A DNA stretch of 64,000 bases from Candidatus Babeliales bacterium (GCA_963701665.1 OY969622.1:480001-544000), one strand, 5' to 3'; shown: positions 1 through 11,145, numbered from the stretch's first letter. A program made the numbers and translations. The notes: a model not told the origin generated them from the sequence alone.

Positions 1-87
1 AATTTGTGCTAGCATTGCGGCGCTCTCGTGAACCTGTATCAAACCCAGACAGGTTACCAGGGTAACCAGGTATTGCTTGATTGACAT
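1..87 (-). CDS. N-terminus of a probable secreted protein running off the window (MSIKQYLVTLVTCLGLIQVHESAAMLAQI...)
   Basis: ATG at 87 with AGGTG upstream; frame open to position 1; signal-peptide-like composition. Confidence 0.6.
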   Translation of the reverse strand, partial: MSIKQYLVTLVTCLGLIQVHESAAMLAQI

Positions 88-251
88 TGCGTACACCTAC
101 CATTTTTAACCATATTAATAAAAAATAGTGTACCTTTAAAATTCAGTATTGTCAAATTGGCTATTTTTATAGGCAATAATCAGGATACATGACAAGTATC
201 CAAAAATTAATTATAGTGACCAAGTATTCAATCTCTTATGTGGCCCTCATC

Positions 252-1361
252 ATGATACTAGATCGTCGTTATCTTCGTTATTTTGATTGGATGAGCTTTA
301 TCTTAACCTGTATTTTAGCGCTTATAGGTCTGATGCTCATCTATTCGGCAACCTATAAGCCGGATCAGCCCTATTCAATTTTTTTTAAGAAACAGGCTTG
401 GGGTATAGGTTCTGGGCTCCTTATTTATGCCGTTTTTTGCAGTTTTCACTACCGTACACTCTGTCGTTGGGGGTATTTTCTCTATTGGATAGTCGTCGGG
501 CTTCTTTTCTTCACCCTCATTAAAGGAACGGTGGGTATGGGCGCGCAGCGATGGGTTAACCTCTTTTTCATCAGATTTCAGCCATCAGAACTCGCCAAGC
601 TGTTTTTCCCTGCCTATTTGACCTACTATTTTTATACGCTAAAAAAATTTCCAGAAGTGGTTTTTAAAGACTTTATACCGCTTTTCATGATGCTTGGGGT
701 AAGTTTTCTTTTTATATTGAAACAGCCAGATCTTGGGACGGCTCTGCTCATTCTATTTTCGGGTTTGTTATTAATGTGGTTTGTAGGTATGCCATCGCGG
801 TTTTTCACCATACTTTTTTGTCTTCTTTTGTGCACAGCCCCACTCACGTGGCATCTGCTCAAGCCGTATCAACAAAAAAGAATCGCAGTCTTTTTAGGCG
901 AAGGAGAAATGTATAAAGAGCGGTATCAAATTGAACAATCTAAAATTGCGATTGGATCAGGAGGATTATTTGGTAAAGGCTTTCTAAAAGGTACTCAAAA
1001 TAAATTTATGTTTTTGCCGGAAAGCCGAACGGATTTTATTTTTTCTGTCGCATGTGAAGAATTTGGTTTTATCGGCGCGCTGTTTATAATACTTCTTTTT
1101 GTTGCTCTCTTTTGGCGCTCGTGTGTTGTCATTATGAGTATACAAAATATTAGTGCTCAACTGCTGGCGATTGGACTTTTATTGCACGTTGTGCTTTCGA
1201 TGCTGATCAATAGTGCCATGGTGCTTGGCTTGTTGCCAATCGTGGGAATTCCGCTTCCCTTCATCAGTTATGGCATAACGAATTTATGGATTAATTTTGC
1301 AAGCCTTGGTTGGTTAAACGGAATCGCTATGCGCCGGTTTGATATGGGAACCGGGGTTTGA
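252..1361 (+). CDS. rodA: Rod shape-determining protein RodA (SEDS family)
   Basis: GAQRW, FQPSELAK, QPDLGT, FLPESRTDFIF, GIPLPFISYG motifs; ORF opens at 189, ATG 252 more likely. Confidence 0.92.
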   Translation: MILDRRYLRYFDWMSFILTCILALIGLMLIYSATYKPDQPYSIFFKKQAWGIGSGLLIYAVFCSFHYRTLCRWGYFLYWIVVGLLFFTLIKGTVGMGAQRWVNLFFIRFQPSELAKLFFPAYLTYYFYTLKKFPEVVFKDFIPLFMMLGVSFLFILKQPDLGTALLILFSGLLLMWFVGMPSRFFTILFCLLLCTAPLTWHLLKPYQQKRIAVFLGEGEMYKERYQIEQSKIAIGSGGLFGKGFLKGTQNKFMFLPESRTDFIFSVACEEFGFIGALFIILLFVALFWRSCVVIMSIQNISAQLLAIGLLLHVVLSMLINSAMVLGLLPIVGIPLPFISYGITNLWINFASLGWLNGIAMRRFDMGTGV

Positions 1362-1424
1362 ACAATAAAATTATTTCTCTCTTTAATTGTAATGTAGCAT
1401 TTATTTTGATTGGATGAGGGCTCG

Positions 1425-1988
1425 CTATTGTGTATACCGGTTAAGTAAAGCAACGCAAGTAGAAACACTTGCAGAAGCTATTGGAACAAAGAAAGGAGCT
1501 CTTGAAGTATAGTTATCAAATATTAGGTGTAAAGTATCATCAGCATCTTTAGCATTGCTAGTTCTATCATCAGGCGTCTGGAAAAATCGATTACGACGAA
1601 TTTTTTTTCCTAACGAAACGCCTAGCGTAGCAGCACTATGTTCAACTACGACGAATGCTTTTACTGCAACATCACTTGCTAGTAGTAAAATAAAGTCATT
1701 TTTACTGAGTTTAGGCCAAGACCCACATTGTGCGGCTGCGACAACTGGCAAGGCAAAAAGAGCACTAAATGCCATGCTTTTGTAGATGCTGCAACGTTTT
1801 TGCGGGTCGAAATATTTATTTATGGTATTGGTGGCAATGGCAAATGTTGCCCCTGATGCTGCGCTTGCTCCTATGATAAGAGCAGATGTAATTACTCTAT
1901 CTTGTACTGTTGGACTTATTAATTCCATGCAATGTGTTTTGTTGATAAACAGAGTGAGTAATATTACATAAAGTGTTTTTTGATTCAT
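1425..1988 (-). CDS. Hypothetical secreted/membrane protein
   Basis: 187-aa ORF with signal-like N-terminus and hydrophobic segments. Confidence 0.65.
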   Translation of the reverse strand: MNQKTLYVILLTLFINKTHCMELISPTVQDRVITSALIIGASAASGATFAIATNTINKYFDPQKRCSIYKSMAFSALFALPVVAAAQCGSWPKLSKNDFILLLASDVAVKAFVVVEHSAATLGVSLGKKIRRNRFFQTPDDRTSNAKDADDTLHLIFDNYTSRAPFFVPIASASVSTCVALLNRYTQ

Positions 1989-2151
1989 AATGCATCTTTT
2001 GTCAAAAAAATAGAAATAATTTTACCTAATTTTAATGTGTTTATGCACAAAAATCTATTTTTGTGCAGCCGTAGACTTTATCACCAAAAAAAATTAGAGT
2101 GATGATACCAAAAAAAATTCTCTGTAAAACCCTTGATGAGCCAATTCTCCT

Positions 2152-3177
2152 ATGGAAGAAATCACCGCAGTCAGTCTTTTAATGCAACAAGAAACTCCCG
2201 AAGAGCAACTGCATAATTTTGTGCCTAAAACATTTGATGACTATTTAGGGCAAGAAGAGCTTAAAAAAAAATTAGGCGTTTATACGCAAGCTGCTAAAAT
2301 GCGCGGTGAAGCGCTCGATCATTTGTTGCTTTTTGGCCCTCCAGGATTAGGAAAAACAACACTCGCTCAAATTATGGCGCACGTTATGGGCGTGGGCATA
2401 AAAATTTGCAGTGGCCCGATGCTCGAGCGCACGGGTGATTTGGTCGCGCTTTTGACAAGTCTTGAACCGCGCGACATTTTTTTTGTTGATGAAATTCATC
2501 GCATGCCAACTAACGTGGAAGAAGTGCTCTATAGCGCCATGGAACATTTCCGCGTTGATGTCATTATTGGCCAAGGCGCTGGCGCAAAATCAATTAATTT
2601 ACCCATTAATCCGTTTACCCTCGTTGGTGCAACAACCAAAAGTGGTATGCTTTCTGCCCCGTTGCGCAGCCGTTTTGGCATTATTGAGCGCTTAGATTTT
2701 TATACCGATGATGAATTACAAAAAATTGTGCTCCAAAACGCCGCGTTTTTAGAACTCTCGATTTCACCCGAAGCTGCGTTGCTTATTGCTAAGTCTTCGC
2801 GCGGCACGCCGAGAACGGCAAAAAAAATTGTGCGGCGCGTACGTGATTATGCCCAAGTCGCTCATCTAAAAAATGCGAGTGATGCGCTTGTGCTGCAGGC
2901 GTTAGAATTTCTTGGCATTAATGAAGAAGGGTTGAGTACCGTTGATATCATGATCCTGCGCAAGATCGTGGAAAATTTCAATGGTGGGCCCGTGGGTTTG
3001 GAAACCCTCGCTGCTTTGCTTGGCGAAGATAAAGAGACGCTCGAGGAAGTTTATGAGCCTTTTCTTATGCGCCAAGGCTATTTAGAAAAAACGGCTCGTG
3101 GTCGACAAATTCCCCATAAAATGTTACCTTTTTTAAAACAAAAGTTTTTTGGCCAAAAGACATTGTTAAACTTGTAG
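2152..3177 (+). CDS. ruvB: Holliday junction branch migration helicase RuvB
   Basis: Walker A GPPGLGKTT, DEIHR, GATT, PLRSRFG, SRGTPR, YEPFL. Confidence 0.97.
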   Translation: MEEITAVSLLMQQETPEEQLHNFVPKTFDDYLGQEELKKKLGVYTQAAKMRGEALDHLLLFGPPGLGKTTLAQIMAHVMGVGIKICSGPMLERTGDLVALLTSLEPRDIFFVDEIHRMPTNVEEVLYSAMEHFRVDVIIGQGAGAKSINLPINPFTLVGATTKSGMLSAPLRSRFGIIERLDFYTDDELQKIVLQNAAFLELSISPEAALLIAKSSRGTPRTAKKIVRRVRDYAQVAHLKNASDALVLQALEFLGINEEGLSTVDIMILRKIVENFNGGPVGLETLAALLGEDKETLEEVYEPFLMRQGYLEKTARGRQIPHKMLPFLKQKFFGQKTLLNL

Positions 3178-3186
3178 GAGACAAGA

Positions 3187-3900
3187 ATGTCAGGACATTC
3201 CAAATGGGCGACGATTAAGAGAAAAAAAGCCGTACTCGATTCAAAGCGGGGAAAAGAATTTACTAAATTAATCAAAGAAATTACCGTAGCCGCTCGACTA
3301 GGTGGCGGAGATCCCGCGGCAAACCCTCGTTTGCGTTTATTGCTTGAAAAAGCGAGGGAGATCAACATGCCGCTCGACAACACAGCGCGTGCCATCAAAC
3401 GTGGAACGGGTGAAATGCCTGGTATGCAGTATGAAGAGCAAAGCTATGAAGGGTATGGTCCTTTTGGTACTGCGGTTGTCGTTGATGCATTAACCGACAA
3501 TAAAAATCGCACTGTTGCCGAGTTGCGCAGAATATTTACAAGTTCAGGCGGTTCGCTCGCTGAAACAGGATCAGTAAACTGGATGTTTGCACGTATGGGC
3601 GTCATTCAAGTGAGTGGGACCACATCGGAAGATTCGTTACTTGAGATGCTGCTTGATTATGATATTAAAGATATTTCCTATGATGGTGAAATGTTCAGCA
3701 TTACCTGTGACCCTAAAATAGTTGATAAAATTAAAAACATTTTACAACAACATGGGCTTAAGGTAGTAAAAGCTGATGTTGAATGGGTTGCACAAAATAC
3801 CGTTGCACTTTCGCCAGAACAAGAAGAAAAAGCCTACGAATTTCTAAGTTCGCTTGAAGATCATGAGGACGTGCAAAATGTTTACACCAATTTAGCTTGA
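3187..3900 (+). CDS. yebC: YebC/PmpR family protein
   Basis: MSGHSKWATIK, NPRLR, YEGYGP, TDNKNRT, DVQNVYTN. Confidence 0.95.
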   Translation: MSGHSKWATIKRKKAVLDSKRGKEFTKLIKEITVAARLGGGDPAANPRLRLLLEKAREINMPLDNTARAIKRGTGEMPGMQYEEQSYEGYGPFGTAVVVDALTDNKNRTVAELRRIFTSSGGSLAETGSVNWMFARMGVIQVSGTTSEDSLLEMLLDYDIKDISYDGEMFSITCDPKIVDKIKNILQQHGLKVVKADVEWVAQNTVALSPEQEEKAYEFLSSLEDHEDVQNVYTNLA

Positions 3901-3910
3901 AGGATACTGC

Positions 3911-4804
3911 GTGATACGAAGCATGACGGGGTTTGCTCATAAAGTTATTGAATTACCATTGCATGACGGCAACAAAGCATATTTATCGTTAATGCTCAAA
4001 TCACTGAACTCTCGTTTTTTTGAGACTACCTGCAAAATTCCTTATGCATTACAGTCTATGGAAGTAGAATTCATTAGATTATTTAAAGAACTTCTCTTCC
4101 GCGGTAAAATCACTTTTACTATTGCGATGCAGAATCCTACCGTATTTAAAGGTCCCGTTGAACCAGCTACTCACATTGTTCAAAGTTATCTCACCGCAAT
4201 AGATCATATTCAAAAAACGTTCTCGATTCCTGGTGAAGTGACCCTCGAAAATCTTATTACCTTGCCTAACGTATTTTCTGAAGGTGAAGTTAATATTGAA
4301 GAAGCAACACAAGAACAAATGCTTGATGTTGTGCGTGCCTTGACGCTTGAGTTGATAACAGCACAAGAAGAAGAGGGGGCATCGTTACAACGTGATATTG
4401 AAGCTCGGTGTGCCATTTTAGCAGAACAAATATTCAGTATTGAACAAACGTCTTCATCATTATTTGAGCAACGTAAAACCATGATTGCTACAAAGCTAGG
4501 TGAGCTTGATCAGCAGCAAACCGATGTTGTTGAATTGCGACGCACGCAACTTTATTATGATCTTGAACGTATGGATATTCATGAAGAAATCGTTCGTTTT
4601 AAAAGTCATCTTCAAGCGCTCAAAGCAATTATACATTCGCAGGATATTGAAAAAGGAAGGCGCGTCGATTTTACTCTGCAAGAACTGATGCGCGAAGTGA
4701 ATACTATTGCCGCAAAATGTTCTGATGCAAGTATCAGCACACACGCTATTACGATAAAAATCGAATTAGAAAAAATTAGAGAGCAAGCACAAAATATTGT
4801 TTAA
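3911..4804 (+). CDS. yicC: YicC/YloC family endoribonuclease
   Basis: MIRSMTGF start, KSLNSR, GRRVDFTLQELMREVNT, EKIREQAQNI end. Confidence 0.93.
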   Translation: MIRSMTGFAHKVIELPLHDGNKAYLSLMLKSLNSRFFETTCKIPYALQSMEVEFIRLFKELLFRGKITFTIAMQNPTVFKGPVEPATHIVQSYLTAIDHIQKTFSIPGEVTLENLITLPNVFSEGEVNIEEATQEQMLDVVRALTLELITAQEEEGASLQRDIEARCAILAEQIFSIEQTSSSLFEQRKTMIATKLGELDQQQTDVVELRRTQLYYDLERMDIHEEIVRFKSHLQALKAIIHSQDIEKGRRVDFTLQELMREVNTIAAKCSDASISTHAITIKIELEKIREQAQNIV

Positions 4805-4890
4805 GAAGCTTTTGTTTGATTACACTTTAAAAGAAGTTGACTTAAGTTCGGTTATATTTGTGCCGCGCAGAGTAACATTGGAAACAAAAT

Positions 4891-4989
4891 TGTCATTGCG
4901 AGCGCAAGCGTGGCAATCCAATTATAAAATTAGTTCCTTTAAGGATTAATTAAAGTTTGGATCCCCACGGCTAAAGCCTCGGGATGACA
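4891..4989. repeat. Family A palindromic REP-dimer/MITE, copy 1
   Basis: TGTCATTGCGAG..GTGGCAATCCA - AT spacer - TGGATCCCCACGG..CCTCGGGATGACA; degenerate outer arms extend to about 4837-5025. Confidence 0.9.
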
Positions 4990-5044
4990 TTTTGTTAGTC
5001 GTGAGTTTATATCGAACGCATGTAAATTTTTTAAGGGGGATATC

Positions 5045-6547
5045 ATGCAAAAGAAACTAGCAATATCATTTTTTTTGTGCCTTTTTTCTATGCCACTCCG
5101 GGCAATTAAGGAATGTGATGAAGCTATAGATGAAATTGAGCAAAAGATAATTAACAATATCATCGAATATCAACGCTCGATTGCGCCTGAAGGAAGCGAG
5201 CAGCTCACAAGAAGTTGTCTTTTCCAAACACAGATTACTCAATTTAACATACCATTCGTGATTTCGACACCGGGGTATTATTGTGTTACACCCCAAACAA
5301 TTTTGAGTGCGTTGCAGACAGGGCAAAATGCAACATCCTCGAGCATCAATTCGCAAAGCCTTAACCAAACTAATCCAGTCAACGTAGTGGGACAGAATGT
5401 ATTCCTTCCTATAACCACAACCGGACAGAATACATTTCAAGTTGCTCAACCTTCTTTGCAAACGATTAACTATTCCACGGTGAATGGTCATCTGATAACG
5501 AATTATCAAAATTTGACCAATCAACAACAACAAGTATTAGCGCAACAGCAAATCAGTGGCCTTAATCTTACCGTGAATGATTTTCAAAAAGTAGCAATAA
5601 CGGTAAACAGCAATGATGTCATTATTGATTTAAATGGTAATGAAATTATTGGTATTGGTAGTGTCAACACATCAGGGATTAACGTGAATGGGTTTGTTAA
5701 TGTTTCTATTAGGAATGGTACGATTCGTAATATGATCAATAATGGTATCACGATCTTAAATAACAATACGACAGCCCAAAGTAATCGGAATATTATTATA
5801 AGAAATATAACGTTTTATAATAATACTCTTGGGCTATCGATGACGGGTGGCGTCGATGCTATTATATCTGCAAATGATGCTTATTTTAATAACGGTACCG
5901 GTTTTGTATTAAATAATAATACAAATGCCATTATTGATAACTGCACAAGCAGCAATAATCTCGGCGGAGGTTTTGTAACGACAAGTAATATTGGTATGCA
6001 ATTTATAAATTGTACGGCGAATAATAATGGTGCTGGAGGTTTTGCAAATACATTTCTTATAGAAAGTGAATTTCAGAATTGTACAAGCAATGAAAATAAT
6101 TTGAACGGGTTTAGTGTTATTCCTGGCACTTCGCAAAGTACCAATGTTAATTTTAGTAACAGCGTTGCGCATGATAATACTCTAAGCGGATTTTTGATTA
6201 ACGGCAATGCAATTACGCTTGAGGATTGTAAAGCGAATCTTAACACAAATGGTTTTCAAATTTTTAGTACTAATAATGTGCTGCTTAATTGTATTGCTCA
6301 AGGCAATATAAGCAATGGCATTTTATTAAGCGCCGCAGCAGCGGGCAATCCAGTAAGTTCAAATTCCCAAGTACGGAGTAATACGGTAACGAATAATGGT
6401 AATGGCATTAACAATCAAGGCACTACAAATCATATTTACAGTAATTTTGCTAGTAACAACACAAATGATTATGTAAACGTGCCCAACGTTGCTATATCGC
6501 CAGTTCCTGCAGCACCTATTAATTTTACTACCAATATTGCTGAATGA
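5045..6547 (+). CDS. Secreted right-handed parallel beta-helix repeat protein (Asn-rich)
   Basis: Signal peptide; IDLNG motif; repeated NC(T/A)xxNNxxGF turns. Confidence 0.8.
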   Translation: MQKKLAISFFLCLFSMPLRAIKECDEAIDEIEQKIINNIIEYQRSIAPEGSEQLTRSCLFQTQITQFNIPFVISTPGYYCVTPQTILSALQTGQNATSSSINSQSLNQTNPVNVVGQNVFLPITTTGQNTFQVAQPSLQTINYSTVNGHLITNYQNLTNQQQQVLAQQQISGLNLTVNDFQKVAITVNSNDVIIDLNGNEIIGIGSVNTSGINVNGFVNVSIRNGTIRNMINNGITILNNNTTAQSNRNIIIRNITFYNNTLGLSMTGGVDAIISANDAYFNNGTGFVLNNNTNAIIDNCTSSNNLGGGFVTTSNIGMQFINCTANNNGAGGFANTFLIESEFQNCTSNENNLNGFSVIPGTSQSTNVNFSNSVAHDNTLSGFLINGNAITLEDCKANLNTNGFQIFSTNNVLLNCIAQGNISNGILLSAAAAGNPVSSNSQVRSNTVTNNGNGINNQGTTNHIYSNFASNNTNDYVNVPNVAISPVPAAPINFTTNIAE

Positions 6548-6550
6548 GCC

Positions 6551-6690
6551 TTAATGAGAATTCGATACAAACCGCACAACCAGCAAGAATGTCTTCCCGA
6601 GGCTTTAGCCGTGGGGATCCAGAATTTTAGTAAATTCCTTAAAGGAACTAATCTTATAAACTGGGTTGCCACGCTTCGCTCGCAATGACA
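6551..6690. repeat. Family A REP-dimer/MITE, copy 2 (retains left outer TIR)
   Basis: TTAATGAGAATTCGATA then GTCTTCCCGAGGCTTTAGCCGTGGGGATCC...GTTGCCACGCTTCGCTCGCAATGACA. Confidence 0.9.
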
Positions 6691-6758
6691 ATTTTGTTTT
6701 TTTATGGTGAAATTTTGTATGCTGTATCTGTACAGAACGGGTACAATAGATTAGTGTT

Positions 6759-7604
6759 GTGAACGGCATGCAGGTGGTCAAAGCGGTATTTTTATGCATA
6801 CTTGGTTTTTCCTTTTTAACGCAAACATTGGTATGCCACGCTTACGTAAAAAAACAAAAAAAACATCCGTGCACGTATGAGCAAAAAAGAGGTACTCCTA
6901 TTTCAGATTTTGTTGGCGGCATCATTATAGATGCCGCATCTCTTTTGCGCAATCTTTTTTCAGTCAGCTCTGCAAAAGTGCTTACGGGTTTTACGCCGCT
7001 GTATGTATTGACTCGCATGCACGATGAAAGAGTTCAAAAGCATTTTTATGATGAATGCCATCACCATAATATTAATCAACTTCCCCAGCACTGTCATAAC
7101 ATTGCCCATTATGGCGTTGGCTTTCCTATGGTTGCACTTTCCAGTCTTGCAATTTTTGCCAATGATGAAGATTTACGCTTGACCGCGCGTATGTTTGCGA
7201 TCGGGTTACCGTTCGTACATTCGGGAAAAGACATTATTAAAAAATTACGGTTTAAAGCATGCTTGCGTCCATGGCACGAGAATTATAGTCGCCATGCGCG
7301 ATCTTCGGGAGGATTTCCCTCAGGTCATATGGCAAATGTAGTGTACATGGCGACATTATTTGGTATGCGTCATGGCCCTGCATGGGGAATTCCCTTAGGA
7401 TTATTTGCAAGTTTTGTGTTTGCTGATTTTTTAAATTGCAATCGCCATTATCTTTCACAATTAGTCGCAGGAGCGGGACTCGGTGTGATTTTTGCAGTTG
7501 CTGCAAGCAAGGTTGTTGATAAAAAATTAGCAGAACGATATTCTTTTTCATGCGGTGTAGATTCCCAAGGGGCACCATGTGCACAATTTTGTTATAGATT
7601 TTGA
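6759..7604 (+). CDS. PAP2-family phosphatase
   Basis: K..RP, GFPSGH and terminal RHYLSQ motifs. Confidence 0.8.
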   Translation: MNGMQVVKAVFLCILGFSFLTQTLVCHAYVKKQKKHPCTYEQKRGTPISDFVGGIIIDAASLLRNLFSVSSAKVLTGFTPLYVLTRMHDERVQKHFYDECHHHNINQLPQHCHNIAHYGVGFPMVALSSLAIFANDEDLRLTARMFAIGLPFVHSGKDIIKKLRFKACLRPWHENYSRHARSSGGFPSGHMANVVYMATLFGMRHGPAWGIPLGLFASFVFADFLNCNRHYLSQLVAGAGLGVIFAVAASKVVDKKLAERYSFSCGVDSQGAPCAQFCYRF

Positions 7605-7620
7605 AACTGCAAAGGATTAT

Positions 7621-7986
7621 ATGAAAGCTTTTTCTTTGGATGATCTTAAAAAATTAGTATTTATGATTGGCTTTGCCTTTATTATTCCTTTTTTAGTAAT
7701 AAAAGGATTTTCTACTTTTTATGATAACGCCACGCTTGCTGAATATCGTCGTGCATGTTTTTATGCGGTAGGCACCATTGGCTTATTGTTTACTATTATG
7801 GGGATTGCATTACAAGTTAATTTTATAGGAGCAGGATTTATCTTAGGCGGCTTAATAACCTTATTGACCGGTATGCTCTATTCTTGGGCAGATTTTTCAA
7901 GCCTGGTGCAATTTATACTATTAATTGGATTATTTTTATTGCTGCTCGGTGGTTCTTACTTTGTGACTATAAAATCCAAAAAATGA
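7621..7986 (+). CDS. Small 4-TM membrane protein, paralog A
   Basis: AAGGA RBS before ATG 7621; colinear with the next gene (NFIGAGFILGGLIT). Confidence 0.75.
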   Translation: MKAFSLDDLKKLVFMIGFAFIIPFLVIKGFSTFYDNATLAEYRRACFYAVGTIGLLFTIMGIALQVNFIGAGFILGGLITLLTGMLYSWADFSSLVQFILLIGLFLLLLGGSYFVTIKSKK

Positions 7987-8051
7987 TGTTAAGAAAAAAA
8001 TTATGAAGCGAGTATTGTTTTAGAGCAACCAAAAACGAGGAAGTAAGTAGT

Positions 8052-8417
8052 ATGAAGAATATGTCCCTTAATGATCTTAAAAAAGTTGTATTGATGCTTG
8101 GTTTTGCAGTCATTCTTCCTTTTTTAGTTTCAATAGGATTTGAAAGTATTAAAGGAGGTCCACAAAATACTGATTATCAAAAAGCATATTTTTATACAAC
8201 AACGGTATGCGGTATAATTTTTGCGTGTATTGGTATTTTTTTGCATATTAATTTTATTGGAGCAGGATTTATTTTAGGTGGCTTAATCACAATGATTTTC
8301 GGCATTATGCATACATGGAATGTGTTTTCAAGAACGATATCTTTTTTAATACTTCTAGGGGTGTTTTTGCTACTTCTTGCTGGCTCTTATTATGTTATTG
8401 TAAGATCAAGAAAGTAA
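8052..8417 (+). CDS. Small 4-TM membrane protein, paralog B
   Basis: Tandem paralog of 7621-7986. Confidence 0.75.
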   Translation: MKNMSLNDLKKVVLMLGFAVILPFLVSIGFESIKGGPQNTDYQKAYFYTTTVCGIIFACIGIFLHINFIGAGFILGGLITMIFGIMHTWNVFSRTISFLILLGVFLLLLAGSYYVIVRSRK

Positions 8418-8547
8418 TTTTTGTTCGATCGAAAAATATAACCTGCTCTCTTTGGTTGGCATTTCTATTTGATACTTTTAGAAAATTCTTTAATATAGAC
8501 ATTGTATAAAAAAATTAACAATAAGATGTCAATGTGAAAAGAATTAA

Positions 8548-9792
8548 ATGTACAATCTAATCAAAATCTCTTTTTTCGTGTGCTGTTTTATATCATCAAC
8601 GCACTGCATGAAGCAAGAGAGTGTTAAAAGAATATTTGATCATAAACAACAACAATTTGTAAAAGTCCCATCCCTCGTTGATAGAGCAGCCGATGTGTAT
8701 GTTGCATCGCAACTTGTGCCTGCCTGTAAACAGCTAAGTGGCGCGAATGTCGATACTTTAGGAAATGACATCATTCATCAAATTCCTTATGATCTAAGAC
8801 CATTAATGATTGGCAAACTATTAACTCAAGCGCCCGAGCATGGATGGAAAATTGGTTTTAAAGACAAAAAACCAAAAGAAGAAAAACAGCCTAGACTCAA
8901 AAAAGAGAATATAACGGATCACGATATTCAACAAAATATTTTAGTGAAATTGAGCGGAATCTATCATAATAAAAAAACTTTAACTTTTTATGCACATATT
9001 GAAGCAGTTAATAATAATGATGCTGAAACTCCTTATTGGACGGCCCTTCAAAAGATAGAAGATCTACGAGATTGTGTTTTTTCTCTTGATAAACGGATAT
9101 GTTTTACTTTGCAATCTGGCGGTAAAACAGTCAATGCCTATCAAAAAATGAATGGAACATATGAAGTTATCTCAATGATCCCCTTGGAAAGAGAAATGTT
9201 CCATTTATATTGCTTAGATCATGCTTTTTTAGTGGGAACGGGGCATGATGGTAAAGTTTTTGCTTGCGACATTAATACGGGCAAAACAATTGCATCATTT
9301 CAAGATTATCGAAATAAGTTCAATTATGCCTTTGATGTGCCTTATTCGTTAGTATTAGCATCAATTGCACGATCACATGATTATCAAAATCAAAGTCAAA
9401 AAAATCTTGAGAAGTTGCTTGCATCAAATTGCCTCAAGCTTGATGAAGATGAGCAGCTGAATGAATATAAAAAACAACTTATTGAAAAAACTAAAACTGC
9501 GATACGAAGAAGTGCAGTTGGTCTACGTTTCAGAAAATTTGTGCATGGGATTTCATGGAACTCTGGACTGGGTTTAGGTTTGCTTGGTTGGGGTACGAGT
9601 TCTCTTGTATTGTTTAAAATATTATCTCACGAGAATGCTGAAAAACCTTTTAATTATGCAGTTATGAGTGGCTTTTTGATGACTGGCGCTGTGGGATTTG
9701 CACTTACTCAAATTGCGGGTGTTGATAATTTTTCAGATCCAGATGAACGTTGGGTGCGAAAATCAAATTTCCCTGATAATTCTTGGCAGTAA
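8548..9792 (+). CDS. Hypothetical secreted protein with BC-box-like motif and C-terminal hydrophobic segments
   Basis: Signal peptide, VPSLVDRAADVYV...IPYDL, one WD40-like stretch. Confidence 0.7.
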   Translation: MYNLIKISFFVCCFISSTHCMKQESVKRIFDHKQQQFVKVPSLVDRAADVYVASQLVPACKQLSGANVDTLGNDIIHQIPYDLRPLMIGKLLTQAPEHGWKIGFKDKKPKEEKQPRLKKENITDHDIQQNILVKLSGIYHNKKTLTFYAHIEAVNNNDAETPYWTALQKIEDLRDCVFSLDKRICFTLQSGGKTVNAYQKMNGTYEVISMIPLEREMFHLYCLDHAFLVGTGHDGKVFACDINTGKTIASFQDYRNKFNYAFDVPYSLVLASIARSHDYQNQSQKNLEKLLASNCLKLDEDEQLNEYKKQLIEKTKTAIRRSAVGLRFRKFVHGISWNSGLGLGLLGWGTSSLVLFKILSHENAEKPFNYAVMSGFLMTGAVGFALTQIAGVDNFSDPDERWVRKSNFPDNSWQ

Positions 9793-10944
9793 TGGATTGA
9801 TACGCGTGACAAACTCATAGTTGATGGTATTGCAAGCGAGCGCCAACTCATCGGCTGTTATACCTTGGCGAGCGCCTAACAGCATTACTTCATTCCCGAC
9901 ACTCGCATCAATTTCAGAAATATCAACCATCATTAAATTCATAGCAATTCTACCAACAATGCGCGCGGGCTGATCTTTTATGAACACAATTCCTTTATTT
10001 GAAAGTTCGCGGTCATAGCCATCCCAATAGCCAACAGGGAGTGTTGCAATACGCGTTGTTTTTTGCGCAAAAAAGGTACGATCATAGCCAATAGAAGTTC
10101 CTGCATGAATTTCTTGTACATGCAGTATGGTTGTTTTCCATGTTAACACTGGTTTTAACGAAAATGCAGGAAAATTCTGTTCAGTCATTTCTTTATTTTC
10201 TACAGATGGCCACAGGCCATAAATGCCGATGCCTGTACGTGCCATCGTAAAATGGCTGTGAAGGGATGCAGTAATTGCCGCTGAGCACGATGCATGTTGC
10301 AAAGGAATGTGAATGCCTTGCTTCTTTAATGTTGCTTGTACTTCATTGAAACGCTCGATTTGAAGATTCGTGAATGTTTGATCAGCTTTTTCCGATTCTG
10401 CAAAATGCGTAAATATTCCCTCAACTTTCACGTGTGAGAGATGTTGTACGTTTTGTATAAATGCAACCGCGTGCGCTTTAGGTATGCCTAAACGCGTGAG
10501 GCCCGTATCAATTTTTATATGTACCTTAACTTTTTTGTTGTGCTTGCGCGCGCATTCTTGTAATGCGAGTGCTTGCTGCCAAGAAAAAATGACAACGTCG
10601 ATAGCATAGAGGCACGCGTTTTCAAGCGCATCGTCCAAAATACTTAATACTAAAAGTGGTTTTGTGATGCCATGTTCGCGCAATGCGACAGCTTCCGACA
10701 AACTAACCGTACACAAATAATCAACGTGAGCATTATTTTGTGCTAACTGTGCAATTTGAAGCATGCCATGGCCGTACGCATTACTTTTTACGACGACAGC
10801 AAGCAAGGCAGGGTGCACCATTTCTTTATACTGCTGCACGTTATGATCGAATGCACGCGCATCAAGTTCAAGCCACGTGAGCGTTTGTTTTTCTGAGTGG
10901 GGAATTGTTATATGGTGTTGAGTTTTTTCAGTAACGGTGATCAT
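9763..10944 (-). CDS. alr: Alanine racemase
   Basis: AVVKSNAYGHG PLP lysine, KIDTGLTRLG, GYWDG, GRIAMN, TINYE. Confidence 0.97.
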   Translation of the reverse strand: MITVTEKTQHHITIPHSEKQTLTWLELDARAFDHNVQQYKEMVHPALLAVVVKSNAYGHGMLQIAQLAQNNAHVDYLCTVSLSEAVALREHGITKPLLVLSILDDALENACLYAIDVVIFSWQQALALQECARKHNKKVKVHIKIDTGLTRLGIPKAHAVAFIQNVQHLSHVKVEGIFTHFAESEKADQTFTNLQIERFNEVQATLKKQGIHIPLQHASCSAAITASLHSHFTMARTGIGIYGLWPSVENKEMTEQNFPAFSLKPVLTWKTTILHVQEIHAGTSIGYDRTFFAQKTTRIATLPVGYWDGYDRELSNKGIVFIKDQPARIVGRIAMNLMMVDISEIDASVGNEVMLLGARQGITADELALACNTINYEFVTRINPLLPRIIREI

Positions 10945-11145
10945 GATGTCGATACATAGTTTAAAATAACAGTTTTATTTTACCGCCTTTCATGTAAGAA
11001 ACAAGTACATTAGGAAACAATAATAGTTTTTTTATAAACCCTTTCTTGATTTTCAATTTCAAAATGTACTAAAATTAAAAACAAAAATTTCCCCATAATT
11101 ATAAAATTAATTATTTTAGGGACCAAGGGCATTTTGAAAGCGGTT

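Noticed and set aside
28..70. Hairpins AACCTGT/ACAGGTT and GGTTACC/GGTAACC suggesting an ncRNA
   Set aside because: Better explained as the signal-peptide coding region of a minus-strand gene starting at 87.
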